Positions 22,905 to 34,749 of a DNA stretch of 64,000 bases are shown here, piece by piece (within the stretch, counting starts at the first letter, position 1; each line of letters starts with the position of its first letter). The position numbers were made by a program, and so were the translations under genes. Origin of the DNA: Mobula hypostoma (Eukaryota); contig NC_086097.1 in NCBI RefSeq assembly GCF_963921235.1, positions 5,642,001 to 5,706,000 on the forward strand, read 5' to 3'. The notes beneath the pieces were generated by a model. It was not told the DNA's origin. It did no database searches and was given only the letters and a program-made list of their open reading frames with translations.

Positions 22905-24135
22905 TTCTACCTTCTACGCTCCAAAGAATAAAGACCCAACTTGTTCAACCTTTCTCTGTAACTTAGGTGCTGAAATCCAGGTAATATTCTAGTAAATCTT
23001 CTCTGTGCTCTCTCTATTTTGTTGACATCTTCCGTATAATTCGGTGACCAGAACTGTACACAATAATCCAAATTTAGCCTTACCAATGCCTTGTACAATT
23101 TTAACATTACATCCCAACTCCTGTACTCAATTCTCTGATTTATAAAGGCCAGCATACCAAAAGTTTTCTTCACCATCCTATCCACATGAGATTCCACCTT
23201 CAGGGAACTATGCACCATTATTCCTAGATCCCTCTGTTCTACTGCATTCTTCAATGCCCCATCATTTACCATGTATGTCCTATTTTGATTAGTCCTACCA
23301 AAATGTAGCACCTCACATTTATCAGCATTAAACTCCATCTGTCAATGTTCAGCCCACTCTTCTAACTGGCCTAACTCCCTCTGCAAGCTTTGAAAACCTA
23401 CTTCATTATCCACAATGCCACTTATCTTAGTATCATCTGCATACTTACTAATCCAATTTACTACTCCATCATCCAGATTATTAATGTATATGACAAACAA
23501 TATTGGACCCAGTACAGATCCCTAAGGCACACCACTAGTCATCGGCCTCCAATCAGACAAACAGTTATCCACCACTACTCTCTGGCATCTCCGTCCAGCC
23601 ACTGCTGAATCCATTTTACTACTTCAATAGTAATACCTAACGATTGAACCTTCCTAATTAACCTTCTGTGTGGAACCTTGTCAAAGGCCTTACTGAAGTC
23701 CATATAGACAACATCCGTCACTTTACCCTCATCAACTTTCCTAGTAACCTCTTCAAAAAATTCAATAAGATTTGTCAAACATGACCTTCCACGCACAAAT
23801 CCATGTTGACTGTTCCTAATCAGACCCTGTCTATCCAGATTATTATATATACCATCTCTAAGAATACTTTCCATCAATTTACCCACCACTGACATCAAAT
23901 TCACAGGTCGATAATTGCTATGTTTACTCTTAGAACCCTTTTTAAACAATGGAACAACATGAGCAATACGCCAATCCTCCGGCACCATCCCCATTTAATG
24001 ACATTTGAAATATTTCTGTCAGAGCCCCTCCTATTTCTACACTAATTTCCCTCAAGGTCCTAGGGAATATCCTGTCAGGACCCGGAGACTTATCCACTTA
24101 CATATTCCTTAAAAGTGCTAGTACTTCCTCTTCTT
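22905..24135 (-). mobile_element. CR1 LINE ORF2 (RT) fragment
   Basis: VPEDWRIAHVVPLFKKG..NYRPV..QHGFVRGRSCLTNL..VYMDFSKAFDKVPH; MEFNADKCEVLHFG..LDYCVQFWSP. Confidence 0.95.
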
Positions 24136-24523
24136 TATGTTGCTTTTAACAAAAAAATTTACACAAAACAGAACTACCAATATCTACACAGATATTACAT
24201 AGAACATGGAGCAGTACAGCACAGAAACAGGCTTTTTGGCCCATAGTATTATGATAAACCAATGGTGTCCAAGTGGATATGTGTCTTTACCGAAGGAGGT
24301 GTAAGACACTTCTTCCCTTCGCCAGCCTGGAGGCCACCATTGGGCAAGTTGTAGCACCTGCTAAGGCCTCTGATCAGGGTTAATTGAAGCCATGGGAGCA
24401 GGTGGTGGGTGGTCGTATGAGCAGCTGGTGCATATCACAATTCCTGGTTATTTGACCACTGGTACCAAAATATAAGATCTCTGAAGAGTATTGATAATGG
24501 ATGGGGTCACCCATCTTGTAAAG

Positions 24524-25715
24524 CAGTGGTCCCCACCCACCGGCCGCAAAGCATGTGCTACCGGGCCGCAAGGAAACGATATGATTTGGCGATAGGAGTC
24601 AGCTGCACCTTTCCACATTCCCTGTCACACACTGTTGAGCTTGAACGCATGCGAGGTCGTTACCTGCGCGTCATCCATGTCGGTGTGGGAAGAAGATCAA
24701 CTCCTCAAGCTTGCAAATGACGGCGGGCTGAAAAGTATGTTTGACATAACATCTCTGCCGGCATTCAGGATCAAAATCAAGGCTAAATATCCTGAGATAG
24801 CCACGAAAGCACTGAAAACGTTGCTTCCATTTCCAACATTTTTCTGCGAAGCGGAGTTTTCTGCAATGAATGCAACGAAAACTAAATTGCGGAATAGACT
24901 AGACATAAGGAACCCCCTTCGAGTATCGCTGTCTCCCATCACCCCTCGATGTTGTTGCAGGAAAACAAGCCCAGGGCTCCCACTGATCGGCGATATTGGT
25001 GTGTTGCAATGATTTTATATGTTCATACGGGGAAAATATGTGCTGTGTGTTTGATATCCAAACGTTACTTAAAATGTTTTGATGTTATTGACTTATAAGT
25101 GACTTATATAACCATATAACAATTACAGCACGGAAACAGGCCATCTCGGCCCTTCTAGTCCGTGCCGAACGCTACTCTCACCTAGTCCCACCGACCTGCA
25201 CTCAGCCCATAAACCTCCATTCCTTTCCTGTCCATATACCTATCCAATTTTTCTTTAAATGATATCGAACCTGTCTCTACCACTTCTACTGGAAGTTTGT
25301 TCAACACTTACTTCAAACTCCTCTGATAATTGACTTATCGCTATATTCATGCGAGGAAAATATGCGCTGTGTGTTTAATGTTAAATACGTTAGATAAACC
25401 CTTTTAGAAACAAAATTGAGTGTATTAGCCACTTATCACCTATATTCTGGTCGTGATTAATACCCCCCCCCCACCATCCCGAACGGAATCGCCAAAAACG
25501 AATTGCAGAAAAAAAGGCACGTACACGCATACGCAAGTTACGCATGCGCACTGATGCCCGCTCAAGGCTTCATGGTCATTGTAGTCAACGTATTTGACTG
25601 CTGCTCTTGTCCGTTGGCAACCCTAACCCCCCACCCCCCCGTCGAGTCGGCTGGTCCGCAAGAATATTGTCAATATTATACCGGTCCGCAGTGCAAAAAA
25701 GGTTGGGGACCCCTG
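24524..25715 (+). mobile_element. Non-autonomous hAT transposon (Buster/Charlie group) retaining the transposase C-terminal dimerisation region
   Basis: TIRs CAGTGGTCCCCA / TGGGGACCCCTG and perfect 8-bp TSD TTGTAAAG (24516-24523, 25716-25723). ORF EEDQLLKLANDGGLKSMF..YPEIATKALKTLLPFPT..CEAEFSAM..KTKLRNRLD..LRVSLS. Confidence 0.92.
25107..25310 (-). mobile_element. CR1 3' end embedded in the hAT element
   Basis: Close match to the CR1 tail at 58600-58800 (AACCATATAACAATTACAGCACGGAAACAGGCCATCTC..). Confidence 0.85.
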
Positions 25716-25944
25716 TTGTAAAGGTACTGACCAGAAGAAGACAATAGCAACCCACTTCTGTAGAGAAATTTGCCAAGAATAATCATGCTCATGGAAAGAC
25801 GATGATCACCCAGGCCATACGACACGGCACATAACAAACAAACCCATAAACATGCACTTGTTCAGTGAATCCCTTGTGGTTACAGTTCTTTGTATCATTA
25901 TGGCATACATAAATAGTTGTACCAGCTTTGGTCTGCCAACTGCT

Positions 25945-26442
25945 AAAGGCAGAATCTCTCAGTGGCTACCCACTTCAGTCCCATCCTGACATGTCTGCAT
26001 GTGACCACCTCTACTGCCATGATGAGCCTAATCTCTGGTAGTCTCCTACTTGATGGCATGAACATCAATTTCTCTAACAACCGGTAATTTTTACCCTGTA
26101 CCTCCTTCTCTCTTTTTTCCCATTCCTCATTCTGGTTACCCTCTCACGCATTCTCCACCTCCTCAACTGCCCATCACCTCCCTCTGGTTTCCCTTCTCCT
26201 TCCCTTTATTCCAAAGTAGATTGTCATCTTCGATTAGATTCCTTCTTCTTCAGCCTTTTTCCTCTTCCACCTCTCCCCTCCCATTTTTTACTTCATTTAC
26301 CCTCCCACAGCTGTCCATCTACCCCCTCACTTGGTCTCACCTTCACCTGCCAGCTAGTCATCCTTCCCTCCATCACATTCTTAGCCTTCTTCGCCTTTCC
26401 TTCCAGCACTGATGAAGGTTCTCAGCCCAAAAAGTCAACTTT
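25945..26442 (+). mobile_element. Penelope-like 3' fragment with decayed hammerhead (~26404-26440); remaining tail at ~27730-27830 beyond the CR1 insertion
   Basis: CTACTGCCATGATGAG segment, pyrimidine tract, CTGATGAAGGTTCTCAGCCCAAAAAGTCAACT. Confidence 0.65.
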
Positions 26443-26444
26443 TC

Positions 26445-27728
26445 ATAGAAACATAGAAAACCTACAGCACAATACAGGACCTTCGGCCCATAAAGCTATG
26501 CCGAACATGTCCTTACCCTAGTACTGCCTAGGGTTACCCATAGCCCTTTATTTTTCTAAGCTCCATGTACCTTTCCAGAAGTCTCTTAAAAGACCCTATT
26601 GTTTTCGCTTCCACCACTGTCGCTGGCAGCCCAATCCATGCACTCACCAATCTCTGCACAAAACATTTACCCCTGACAGCTCCTTTGTACCTACTTCCAA
26701 GCACCTTAAAACTATGCCCTCTTGTGTTAGCCATTTCAGCCCTGGGAAAAAGCCTCTAACTATCCTCACGATCGATGCTTCTCATTATCTTGTACACCTC
26801 TATCAGGTCACCTCTCATCCTCTGGTGCTCCAAGGAGAAAAGGCCGAGTTTACTCAGCCTATTCTTATAAGGCATGTTCCCCAATCCAGGCAACATCCGT
26901 GTAAATCTCCTCTGCACCCTCTCTATGGCTTCCACATCCTTCCTGTAGTGAGGCGACCAGAATTGAGCACAGTACTCCATGTGGGGTCTGACCAGGGTCC
27001 AATATAGCTGCAACATTACCTCTCAGCTCTTTTCCGTGGATTGTCAGCTTGTCGTGGTGGAGAAGCTTGTGTGGTCCTGTGATCCCAAGAGCAATGTCGT
27101 CTGGAGCTATGCTCCTGGTAGGGTCACCCATGACGGTAAGGTAGAGGGTGAGGTCCCTGACAAAGAACAATCCAACCAAGACCTCAACGGTGGAACAGGC
27201 GGACGAAGTTACTTCGAACTCAATGGCTGTGAAGGCGGATGAAGGCTGCAACAAATCCATCAGCTCCAATCATCGTGGTTTCCATGCCATTGGAATCAGT
27301 TGGTTGATTTGTGAAGTACCGTGTGCTTCTTGGAGTGCAACATCAAGTACACGTTAAACAAATACACGCACAGGCATCTTCGCTCTGTGGGCTACTTCTT
27401 CAGAATGAAGACCATCATCCTCAACCTCGAGGGATAGCCTTGACGACGACCTCTCAGCACTTAAACTTAATCCTACGGTTGATGAAGACCAATGCACCAT
27501 ATGCCTTTTTAACCACAGAATCAACCTGCGCAGCAGCTTTGAGTGTCCTATGGACTCGGACCCCAAGATCCCTCTGATCCTCCACACTGCCAAGAGTCTT
27601 ACCATTAATACTATATTCTACCATCATATTTGACCTACCAAAATGAACCACCTCACACTTATCTGGGTTGAACTTCATCTGCCACTTCTCAGCCCAGTTT
27701 TGCATCCTATCAATGCCTGGCTGTAACC
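26445..27728 (-). mobile_element. CR1 LINE 3' portion, split by an RTE-derived insertion
   Basis: MQNWAEKWQMKFNPDKC.., LVRPHMEYCAQFWSPH.., (CATAGAAA)n tail. Confidence 0.92.
27032..27448 (+). mobile_element. Short non-autonomous RTE/Rex3-type element
   Basis: 5' CTTGTCGTGGTGGAG..GGTAGGGTCACCCA resembles RTE (Rex3/BovB) 5'UTRs. (GAC)n tail; TSD ACCTCTCAGC(T/A)CTT at 27018-27031 and 27449-27462. Confidence 0.75.
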
Positions 27729-28847
27729 TTTTTATTTCCCTCCATTAATGCTTCCTGACTTGCTAAGTTCCTCAGCATTTTGTGGGTGTTACTTAAAATT
27801 TCCAGCACCTGCTAAATGCCTAGTGTTTATGAAAGGTTGGCATGTCTCACATTTTGATCAATAGTTATAAGGCACATCAATGATAGAATAATGTAGGACA
27901 GAAGCGTTTGATGAATCTGAGAGTAGGTTAAAGGGTCAGCACAACATTGTGGGCTGAAGGGGCTGCACTGTGCTGTAATGTTCTATATTCAATGTAATAT
28001 CATCCATTGATGCTGGGAATGTTGTGTCAATGGACAGAAGAGAGACAGGAACCTGAAGATCCACTTTTGACAATTCAGGAACAGTTTCATTCTGTCCACT
28101 ATCAGATTTCTGAATGGTCCATGAACACTAACTCGTTCTTTTTTGTTGTGTTTTGCAATTTATAGTAATTCTATGTCTTGCGTACTGTGACCAAAAAACA
28201 ATAAATCTCAGATCATATAAATCAGGGATAATTAATCTTATTATGACTTGCATATGCTCTACTTCCATTCAACGAAACAGAATTTTGCAAGTGGAGAACA
28301 ATAGAAACTCTTTTGAACATCTTTAGGTGGTGGGGTGGAGTTACGTCTCAACCCAAAGAGGCGTAAGGTGCTCTTTTCCTCCGCTAGTCTGGAGGCCATC
28401 CTTAGGTAAGGTGTAACACTTGCTTCGCCCCTGATCTCTGAAGTGTATTGATAGTGGCTGGGGTTACCCTTCTTGTAAAGACATTGCCCAGAAGAAGGCA
28501 ATGCAAACCACTTCTGAAGAAATATTTGCCAAGAACTATCAAGATCATGGAAAGATATGAACGCCCACATCATACAACATGACAAAGAGTGCAATAAACA
28601 AATCAAATGGCTGACTAAATGAAACACTTCCATACAAATGATGTCTATGTCCTTCCATTTTCCTCACATTCTTTTACCTATCAAAATATTCTTCTCATGG
28701 GCCACAGAGCCAGGTATAGTAACATATAACATCTCACTAAACATTCAATGCCTAACCGAAAAAAAATCAGTCAGTTTGTACTTAATGTAATCTGCTGTTT
28801 TATTTTATATGTGGTCACTTACAATTTACAAAAACATTTGACGACAG

Positions 28848-29470
28848 CAACACACACAAAATGCTGGAGGAACTCAGCAGGTCAGGCAGCATTTATGAAA
28901 ATGAATAAACAGTCAATGTTTCAGGCTGAGACCCTCCATCAGGACTGGAAAGGAGAGGGAAAGATGCGAAATAAGAAGATGGGGGAAGGGGGGGAATGCA
29001 AGTTAGCAGGTAATAGGTGAAAGCAGGTGAGGGGGAAGGTGGGTGGGTGGGGGAGAAATGAAGAAGTAAGAAGCTGGGAGGCAATTGGTTCAAAAGGTAA
29101 AGAGCTGAAGAAGAGAGACTGAAGAGTTACCAGAGTTTGGAGGAATTGATGTTCATGCTGTCAGGTTGGAGGCTACCCAGACAGAACATGAGGAATTGCT
29201 CTTCCAACCTGAGAGTGTCCTCTTCATAGCAGAAGAGAGGATCTTGGACTGATATGTCGAAGTGGGAGCAGAGATTGGAATTAAAATAGTTGGCCACTGG
29301 GAAATTCTGCTTTTTGGAGATGGAGTAGAAATGCTTGACAAAGCAGATCCCCAATCTACCAATCTATGTTGGGTCTCACCAATGTAGAGGAGATCACATC
29401 AGAAACATCAGATACAGTAGGTGACCCCAACAGATTCACAGATGAAGAGTTGTCTTACCTGGAAGGACTA
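28848..29470 (-). mobile_element. Penelope-like 3' fragment with hammerhead-like motif (28910-28947)
   Basis: KKQNFPVANYFNS..LRLEEQFLMFCLGSLQPD; CAGTC-CTGATGG-AGGGTCTCAGCCT-GAAA-CATT-GACTG (one core substitution). Confidence 0.8.
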
Positions 29471-29829
29471 TTTGAGATTGACTTTTTCTTCCAACACTTT
29501 GTGTAAGTTTTAATAGAAAGTCAATAATGACAGTATTGGAAATTTTGAAGAGTATTTCGGCTTTTTAGCGCTTTTATTGAAATAATTATCATTGTGCTTA
29601 CAGGCCCTGACATGGAGAGCTGTGCTGTAAGTGAATATTTAGTTATCCGCAAGAAATGGCAAAATTTTTGAATTTGCAGAATGGAGGAAACCATATTCAT
29701 TGGTAACTGTCATGGAATCAGTGAAGCAACTCACCATGAGTATTTGGGAACCCTACATTGTCCTATTGGTGAATGAGTTTCCAAAATTTTGTCACTTCAT
29801 TAAGCACCACAAAAGGTAGGCTTTCCTGG

Positions 29830-30300
29830 TGGGCACTCATTTCCCATTCCCATTCTAACATAGCGGTTCATGGCCTTCTCTACTGTCATGATGAAGCCAC
29901 ACTTAGGTTGGGGGAGCAACATCTCATATTATGTCTGGGAAGCCTCCAACCTGATGGCAATTTCTCCACCCTCTCGCTTCTATCTTTTTCCATTTGCCAT
30001 TCTGGTTATTCCCCTACCTCATCTCCTCTCCTTAAATGCCCAACACCTCCCTCTAGTGCCTCTCCTCCTTCCCTTTCATCCATGATCCACTCTCCTCTCC
30101 TATCAGATTCCTTCTTCTCCAGTCCTTTGCCTTTTCCACCCATCACCTCCCATTTTCTTACTTCATCACTCCTCCCCATCCATCTGGCTTCACCTGTCAC
30201 CTTCCAGTTTGTCCTCCTTCCCCTTCCTCCACCTTCTTATTCTGGCTTCTACCACCTTCCTTTCCAGGCGTGATGAAGGGTCTCACCCCAAGATGCTTAT
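29830..30300 (+). mobile_element. Penelope-like 3' fragment, decayed
   Basis: HSHSNIAVHGLLYCHDEATLRLGEQHLILCLGSLQPDG; decayed GTGATGAAGGGTCTC near 30270. Confidence 0.75.
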
Positions 30301-30534
30301 TCATTTCCACTTGCTTTTAGAGTTGAAGTTTCAAAAAATAGGTTGTGAGCAACCTACAAAGCAAATTGCAGAGGTATTCCATGTCTAACATTGATAGGTT
30401 ATGATTTACGGGTTGCTTTTGAGGCTAAAGATTAATGGCATTCATTACTACCAATCAGGCTGGTATCAAACTTTTAACTTAGTTTTTAAATTTAGTGGTA
30501 CAGTGTGGAATGGGGCCTTCTGGCCTTTTGAATA

Positions 30535-31032
30535 AGAATCAGAATTAGGTTTAATATCATCAGCATTAGTTATGACATTTGTTAACTTTCCTGCAGCAGT
30601 ACAATGCAATACATGACAAAAACAGAAAAAAACTGATCTGCAGTAATTATACATATGAATATTAAATAGTTACATTGAAATAAGTTGTGCAAAAACAGAA
30701 ATCAATAATAAAAAGTAGTGACGTAGTGTTCATGGGTACAATGTCCATTCAGAAATTGGATGGCAGAGGGGGAGAAGCTGTTCCTGAATCGCTGAGTGTG
30801 TGCTTCCTTCGTGATGGTAAAAATGAGAAGAGGGTATGTCTTAGGTGGTAGAGATCCTTAATGATGGGCGCCACTTTCTTGAGGAACCGCTGCTTGAAGA
30901 TGTCCTGGATACTATGGAGGCTAGTGCCCATGATGGAGCTGAGTAATTTTACAACTTTCTGCAGCTTACTTCAATCCAGCGCAATATTTCCCCAACCCCA
31001 CATCCCAGAAGATGACGCAGCCAGTGAGAATG
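30535..31032 (-). mobile_element. Rex1/Babar LINE 3' fragment
   Basis: GTSLHSIQDIFKQRFLKKVAPIIKD..HTLFSFLPS. Confidence 0.75.
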
Positions 31033-31044
31033 CTCTTCCCCAGC

Positions 31045-31270
31045 AACCCCCGGTTTAACCCAAGCCTAATAGCAAGTCAATTTACAATGATCAATTAACC
31101 GATGAGTCTTAGTAGGTTAGTTGGGAGGAAGCTGGTGCACCCGGAGGAATCCCATACATTCCTCGGGGCGGACGTACAAACTCCTTCCAGGTGACAGTAG
31201 GATTGAACTCCAAATTCTGACACCCTGAACTGTAATAGTGTCATGTTAACCACTACGCTAATGTGGTGTC
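31045..31270 (-). mobile_element. HE1-like V-SINE
   Basis: Minus strand GGAGTTTGTACGTCCGCCCCG..GGGATTCCTCCGGGTGCACCAGCTTCCTCCCA. Confidence 0.7.
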
Positions 31271-31423
31271 TATAAATTGTTAAATTTATAACACATTTGA
31301 GATCAACTTGATTTTTTAAAGTGAGAAGTGGAGCCGGGGTGACCTGCAGATAACTGCATATGCCTGGACTCTTTCCGTTTTGTTTTTTACATTCTGTGTT
31401 TTTCTTGGTCTCTTTGACCATTT

Positions 31424-31690
31424 GCATGGCCAAGGGGTTAAGGCATTGGACTAGCGACCTGAAGGTCGTGAGTTCGAACCCCAGCCGAGGCAACGTGTTG
31501 TGTCTTTGAGCAAAGCACTTAATCACACACTGGTGCCAAGCTGTATGGGTCTTAATGCCCTTCCTTTGGACAACATCGGTGGCATGGAGAGGGGAGATCT
31601 GCAGCATGGGCAACTGCTGGTCTTCCATACAACTGGAGAGTGAAGATTTTCCAGGCGCAGATCCATGGTCTCGCAAGACTAATGGATGCC
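31424..31690 (+). mobile_element. tRNA-derived SINE, same family as 19134-19447
   Basis: A box TGGCCAAGGGGTTAAGG, B box GAGTTCGAACC, GTGTCTTTGAGCAAAGCACTTAA. Confidence 0.8.
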
Positions 31691-32519
31691 TGATGTGCAA
31701 TTTATTTTCTTTTGCATGTGGGGGGTTGGATGTTTATCTCTGAATGGGTTCCATGGTTTTCTTTATTTTGTGGCTGTTTTGAAGATGAATCTCAGGGTTG
31801 TGCACTGCAGACATACTTTATATGAAATCATTTGACCTACTTTGAGAGAGAAGATGGAACAAAGAATGGATATATTTTAGCATTAATCATGAAATATAAA
31901 CTGAAAAATGGGTATTTGTGTTAGTGTTTCATTATATTTTAATGGAAGATATTAAGTACAAGATAAATAGCATTGTATTAGACATCAGAGAAACACAGCA
32001 AACACATAATTACCGCATAAATGCTAATCTGCTGAACTATTAACATTCTTAAATAAAGCAAATATCAGATTACATGAAGTGATATTTATCAATCCTTATG
32101 AAGGAGCGTATTATACAGTCCTGTTTCTTGCCTTCGGCAGTCACTGGTAAACATCAAAACTCTTTGGTGATGTGATTTGCTGGAGGGAGTTTCTTTCCTC
32201 TGCTGAAGCAGAAGTGAACAGGTACAGAAAGAAATGAAGAGACAAGGGACACTGGACAGGAAAATAACAGGCCACGCTCGGTACTCAGACGACTGAGTCA
32301 GTACATCTGTGAAGAAAGATAGGACTGTGATCCTTTCCACTCACATTTGATTCATGTTTCTTTCATTTATTCTAGTTCCAAATTAATGTCAAACTCCACA
32401 ATTGTTAAAAAGCTGAAAAGAACAGGGTCAGGGGGATTTCTGATCCCTGTGTTCCATTATATTTAGAAAAATCTCACACCTAAAATTGATTACCTGATGC
32501 ATCTAACCCAGACCCACAA

Positions 32520-34160
32520 CACCTCCTCATTAGTCAAGAAGACACAGTAACAAGGAGAGTGAGGCATGCAAGGTTCTGTGTCTCCATTCCAGCAACATAC
32601 AGGAACATCATCGGTAGCATCCTATCTGGCTGCATCATTGTGTGGTATGGAAGCTGCAAGCGGTCAGACCACAAGACCCAAAAGACAATAGTAAACACCA
32701 CCAAGAGGATCACTGGGGTCTTCCTCCTCTCTATTTGAGACATTTACTGAGAGCATTTTAAATGAAACAAGCCAGCAAGCAAGTTTATTTGTATAGCACT
32801 TTTCAAACACAAGGCTATTCAAAGTGCTTGACATAGAACAAGATATAAAAATCAAACATCAAATTTCAGACAAATAAGAAAATAAAATCATTTAAAAAAT
32901 GATAAATGGAAGTTACAGTGCAATACATTCTGATTAAAAGCTATATTGAAAAGAAAAGTTTTAAGCTTTGATTTAAAAGTGCTTAAAGTTGGGGCAAACA
33001 TTGGATCCACTAGAAGGTTATTCCAGATATCTAAAAGCTGCTTCACCATGTTTAGTTTTCAGCCTGAGAACGGTAAGCAGACCGGCCCCAGATGACCAGA
33101 GAGCTCGGGAAGGTTTAAGCCATAGAAAGGGTGCAGAGGAGATTTACAAGGATGTTGCCTGGATTGGGGAGCATGTCTTATGAGAATAGGTTGAGTGAAC
33201 TTGGCCTTTTCTCCTTGGAGTGACGGAGGATGAGAGGTGACCTGATTGAGGTGTATAAGATGATGAGAGGCATTGGTCGTGTGGATAGCCAAAGGCTTTT
33301 CCCCAGGGCTGAAATGGCTAGAACGAGAGGGCACAGTTTTAAGGTGCTTGGAAGTAGGTACAGAGGAAATGTCACGTGTAAGTTTTTTACACACAGAGTG
33401 ATGAGTGTGTGGAATGGGCTGCCGGGGACGGTGATGGAGGTGGATACGATAGGGTCTTTTAAAAGACTTTTCGATAGGTACATGGAGCTTAGAAAAATAG
33501 AGGGCTATGGGTAACTCTGGGTAATTTCCAAGGTAGGGAAATGATCGACACAGCATTGTGGGCTGAAGGGCCTGTATTGTGCTGTAGGTTTTCTACGTTT
33601 CTATGTTTCAATAATGCAGCAAGAGGTCGGAGAAATATTTTGGCCCTAGACCAATCAGTGCTTTATAACCCAGTCATAATATTTTAAAATCAATCCTCTG
33701 ATGGACAGTGTAGTGATTTGAGAACGGGAGTGGTGTGTTCTTAGTGAGGTCTCTTGCAGTAGCGTTTTGAATGAGCTGCAAGAGACCTCACTAAGAACAT
33801 ACCACTACACAGAGACCATTACACATGAAGGGGCCAAAGCATTGTTAATGATCCCTACCAGCCATTCCACAATCTCTTTGACCCCCTACCATCAGGAAGG
33901 AGGTACAGGAGCATCAGGACCAGCACTGTCAAACTGCGTAACAGCTCTTTCCCCCAGGCTGTGAGATCAATGTATACCCTGCCACCACCGAGGTCTCATC
34001 ACTAGGACAGCAAGCTGTTTACAGTTTACTGTACTATTTAACTGTGCTGCGCATGATATATACTTTGAATTATATTCTATTAATTTATTTGGTCGATGCA
34101 CCATTTGGTTATATATATGTACAGTCAGATGACAATGAATTTTTACTTGAACTTGAATTT
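32520..34160. mobile_element. Nested LINE fragments: Rex1 (+; 32520-32755 and ~33810-34160), L2-like 3' end (-; ~32765-33120 and 33610-33790), CR1 3' end (+; 33122-33610)
   Basis: Rex1 and CR1 peptides in the ORF track (MRGDLIEVYKMMRG..WNGLP); L2-type tail TTTATTTGTATAGCACTTTT. Confidence 0.7.
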
Positions 34161-34749
34161 TATATATGTAGAAACCAAGTGCATAATCAGAATTCATTGG
34201 GAATATTACCCACTCGAATCCCAGAATGAAGTTATCATCACTGATAGTGTGTTGCTTAGAAGCAGCAGTAGAGTGAAAGGCATTAAAATTACTATACACT
34301 CAGTGAACCCAGTACAGAAGCGCACTCTCATGAACTGTTCTTTCAGGATCTCTCAAGGTGGAATATTATTCTTGCCCTTAAAATTTATTTATTTATCTAT
34401 CTATTTTAAACAATAGACAATAGACAATAGGTGCAGGAGTAGGCAATTTTATGTACCTCTCTGCCTACCTACCTCTCTATCTATCTATCCATCCATCAAC
34501 TTATTAATTTTATTTACTTATCTATTCATCTATTTTTTTCCCTTCAGAGCAGAATAAATTGACTATTGCCTACACTGGCCGATTTAAACTCTGGGCCATC
34601 TTCAATTCGAACCACTGTCAATTCAGTATTGTGATTAATTTTAATAGTTTTGAAACAAAAACTTAGTATGTGAAAACTAATTAATTGTGCATGTTATCCA
34701 TTTGAAAGTGAGGGAAACGATGGTCTTCAGAAAAAGTCTGACATAAATA

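Noticed and set aside
28848..30300. Large inverted-repeat element formed by two PLE fragments
   Set aside because: The arms are diverged, separated by unrelated sequence and lack a shared TSD; they are likely independent insertions.
31424..31495. tRNA gene (also 19370-19445)
   Set aside because: A/B boxes are present but run into a repeated SINE body; there is no full cloverleaf or terminator.
32089..32340. Coding exon in the unique region
   Set aside because: Splice-like signals exist on both strands, but the plus-strand candidate (32141-32221) has stops in all frames and the minus-strand peptide is unrecognisable.
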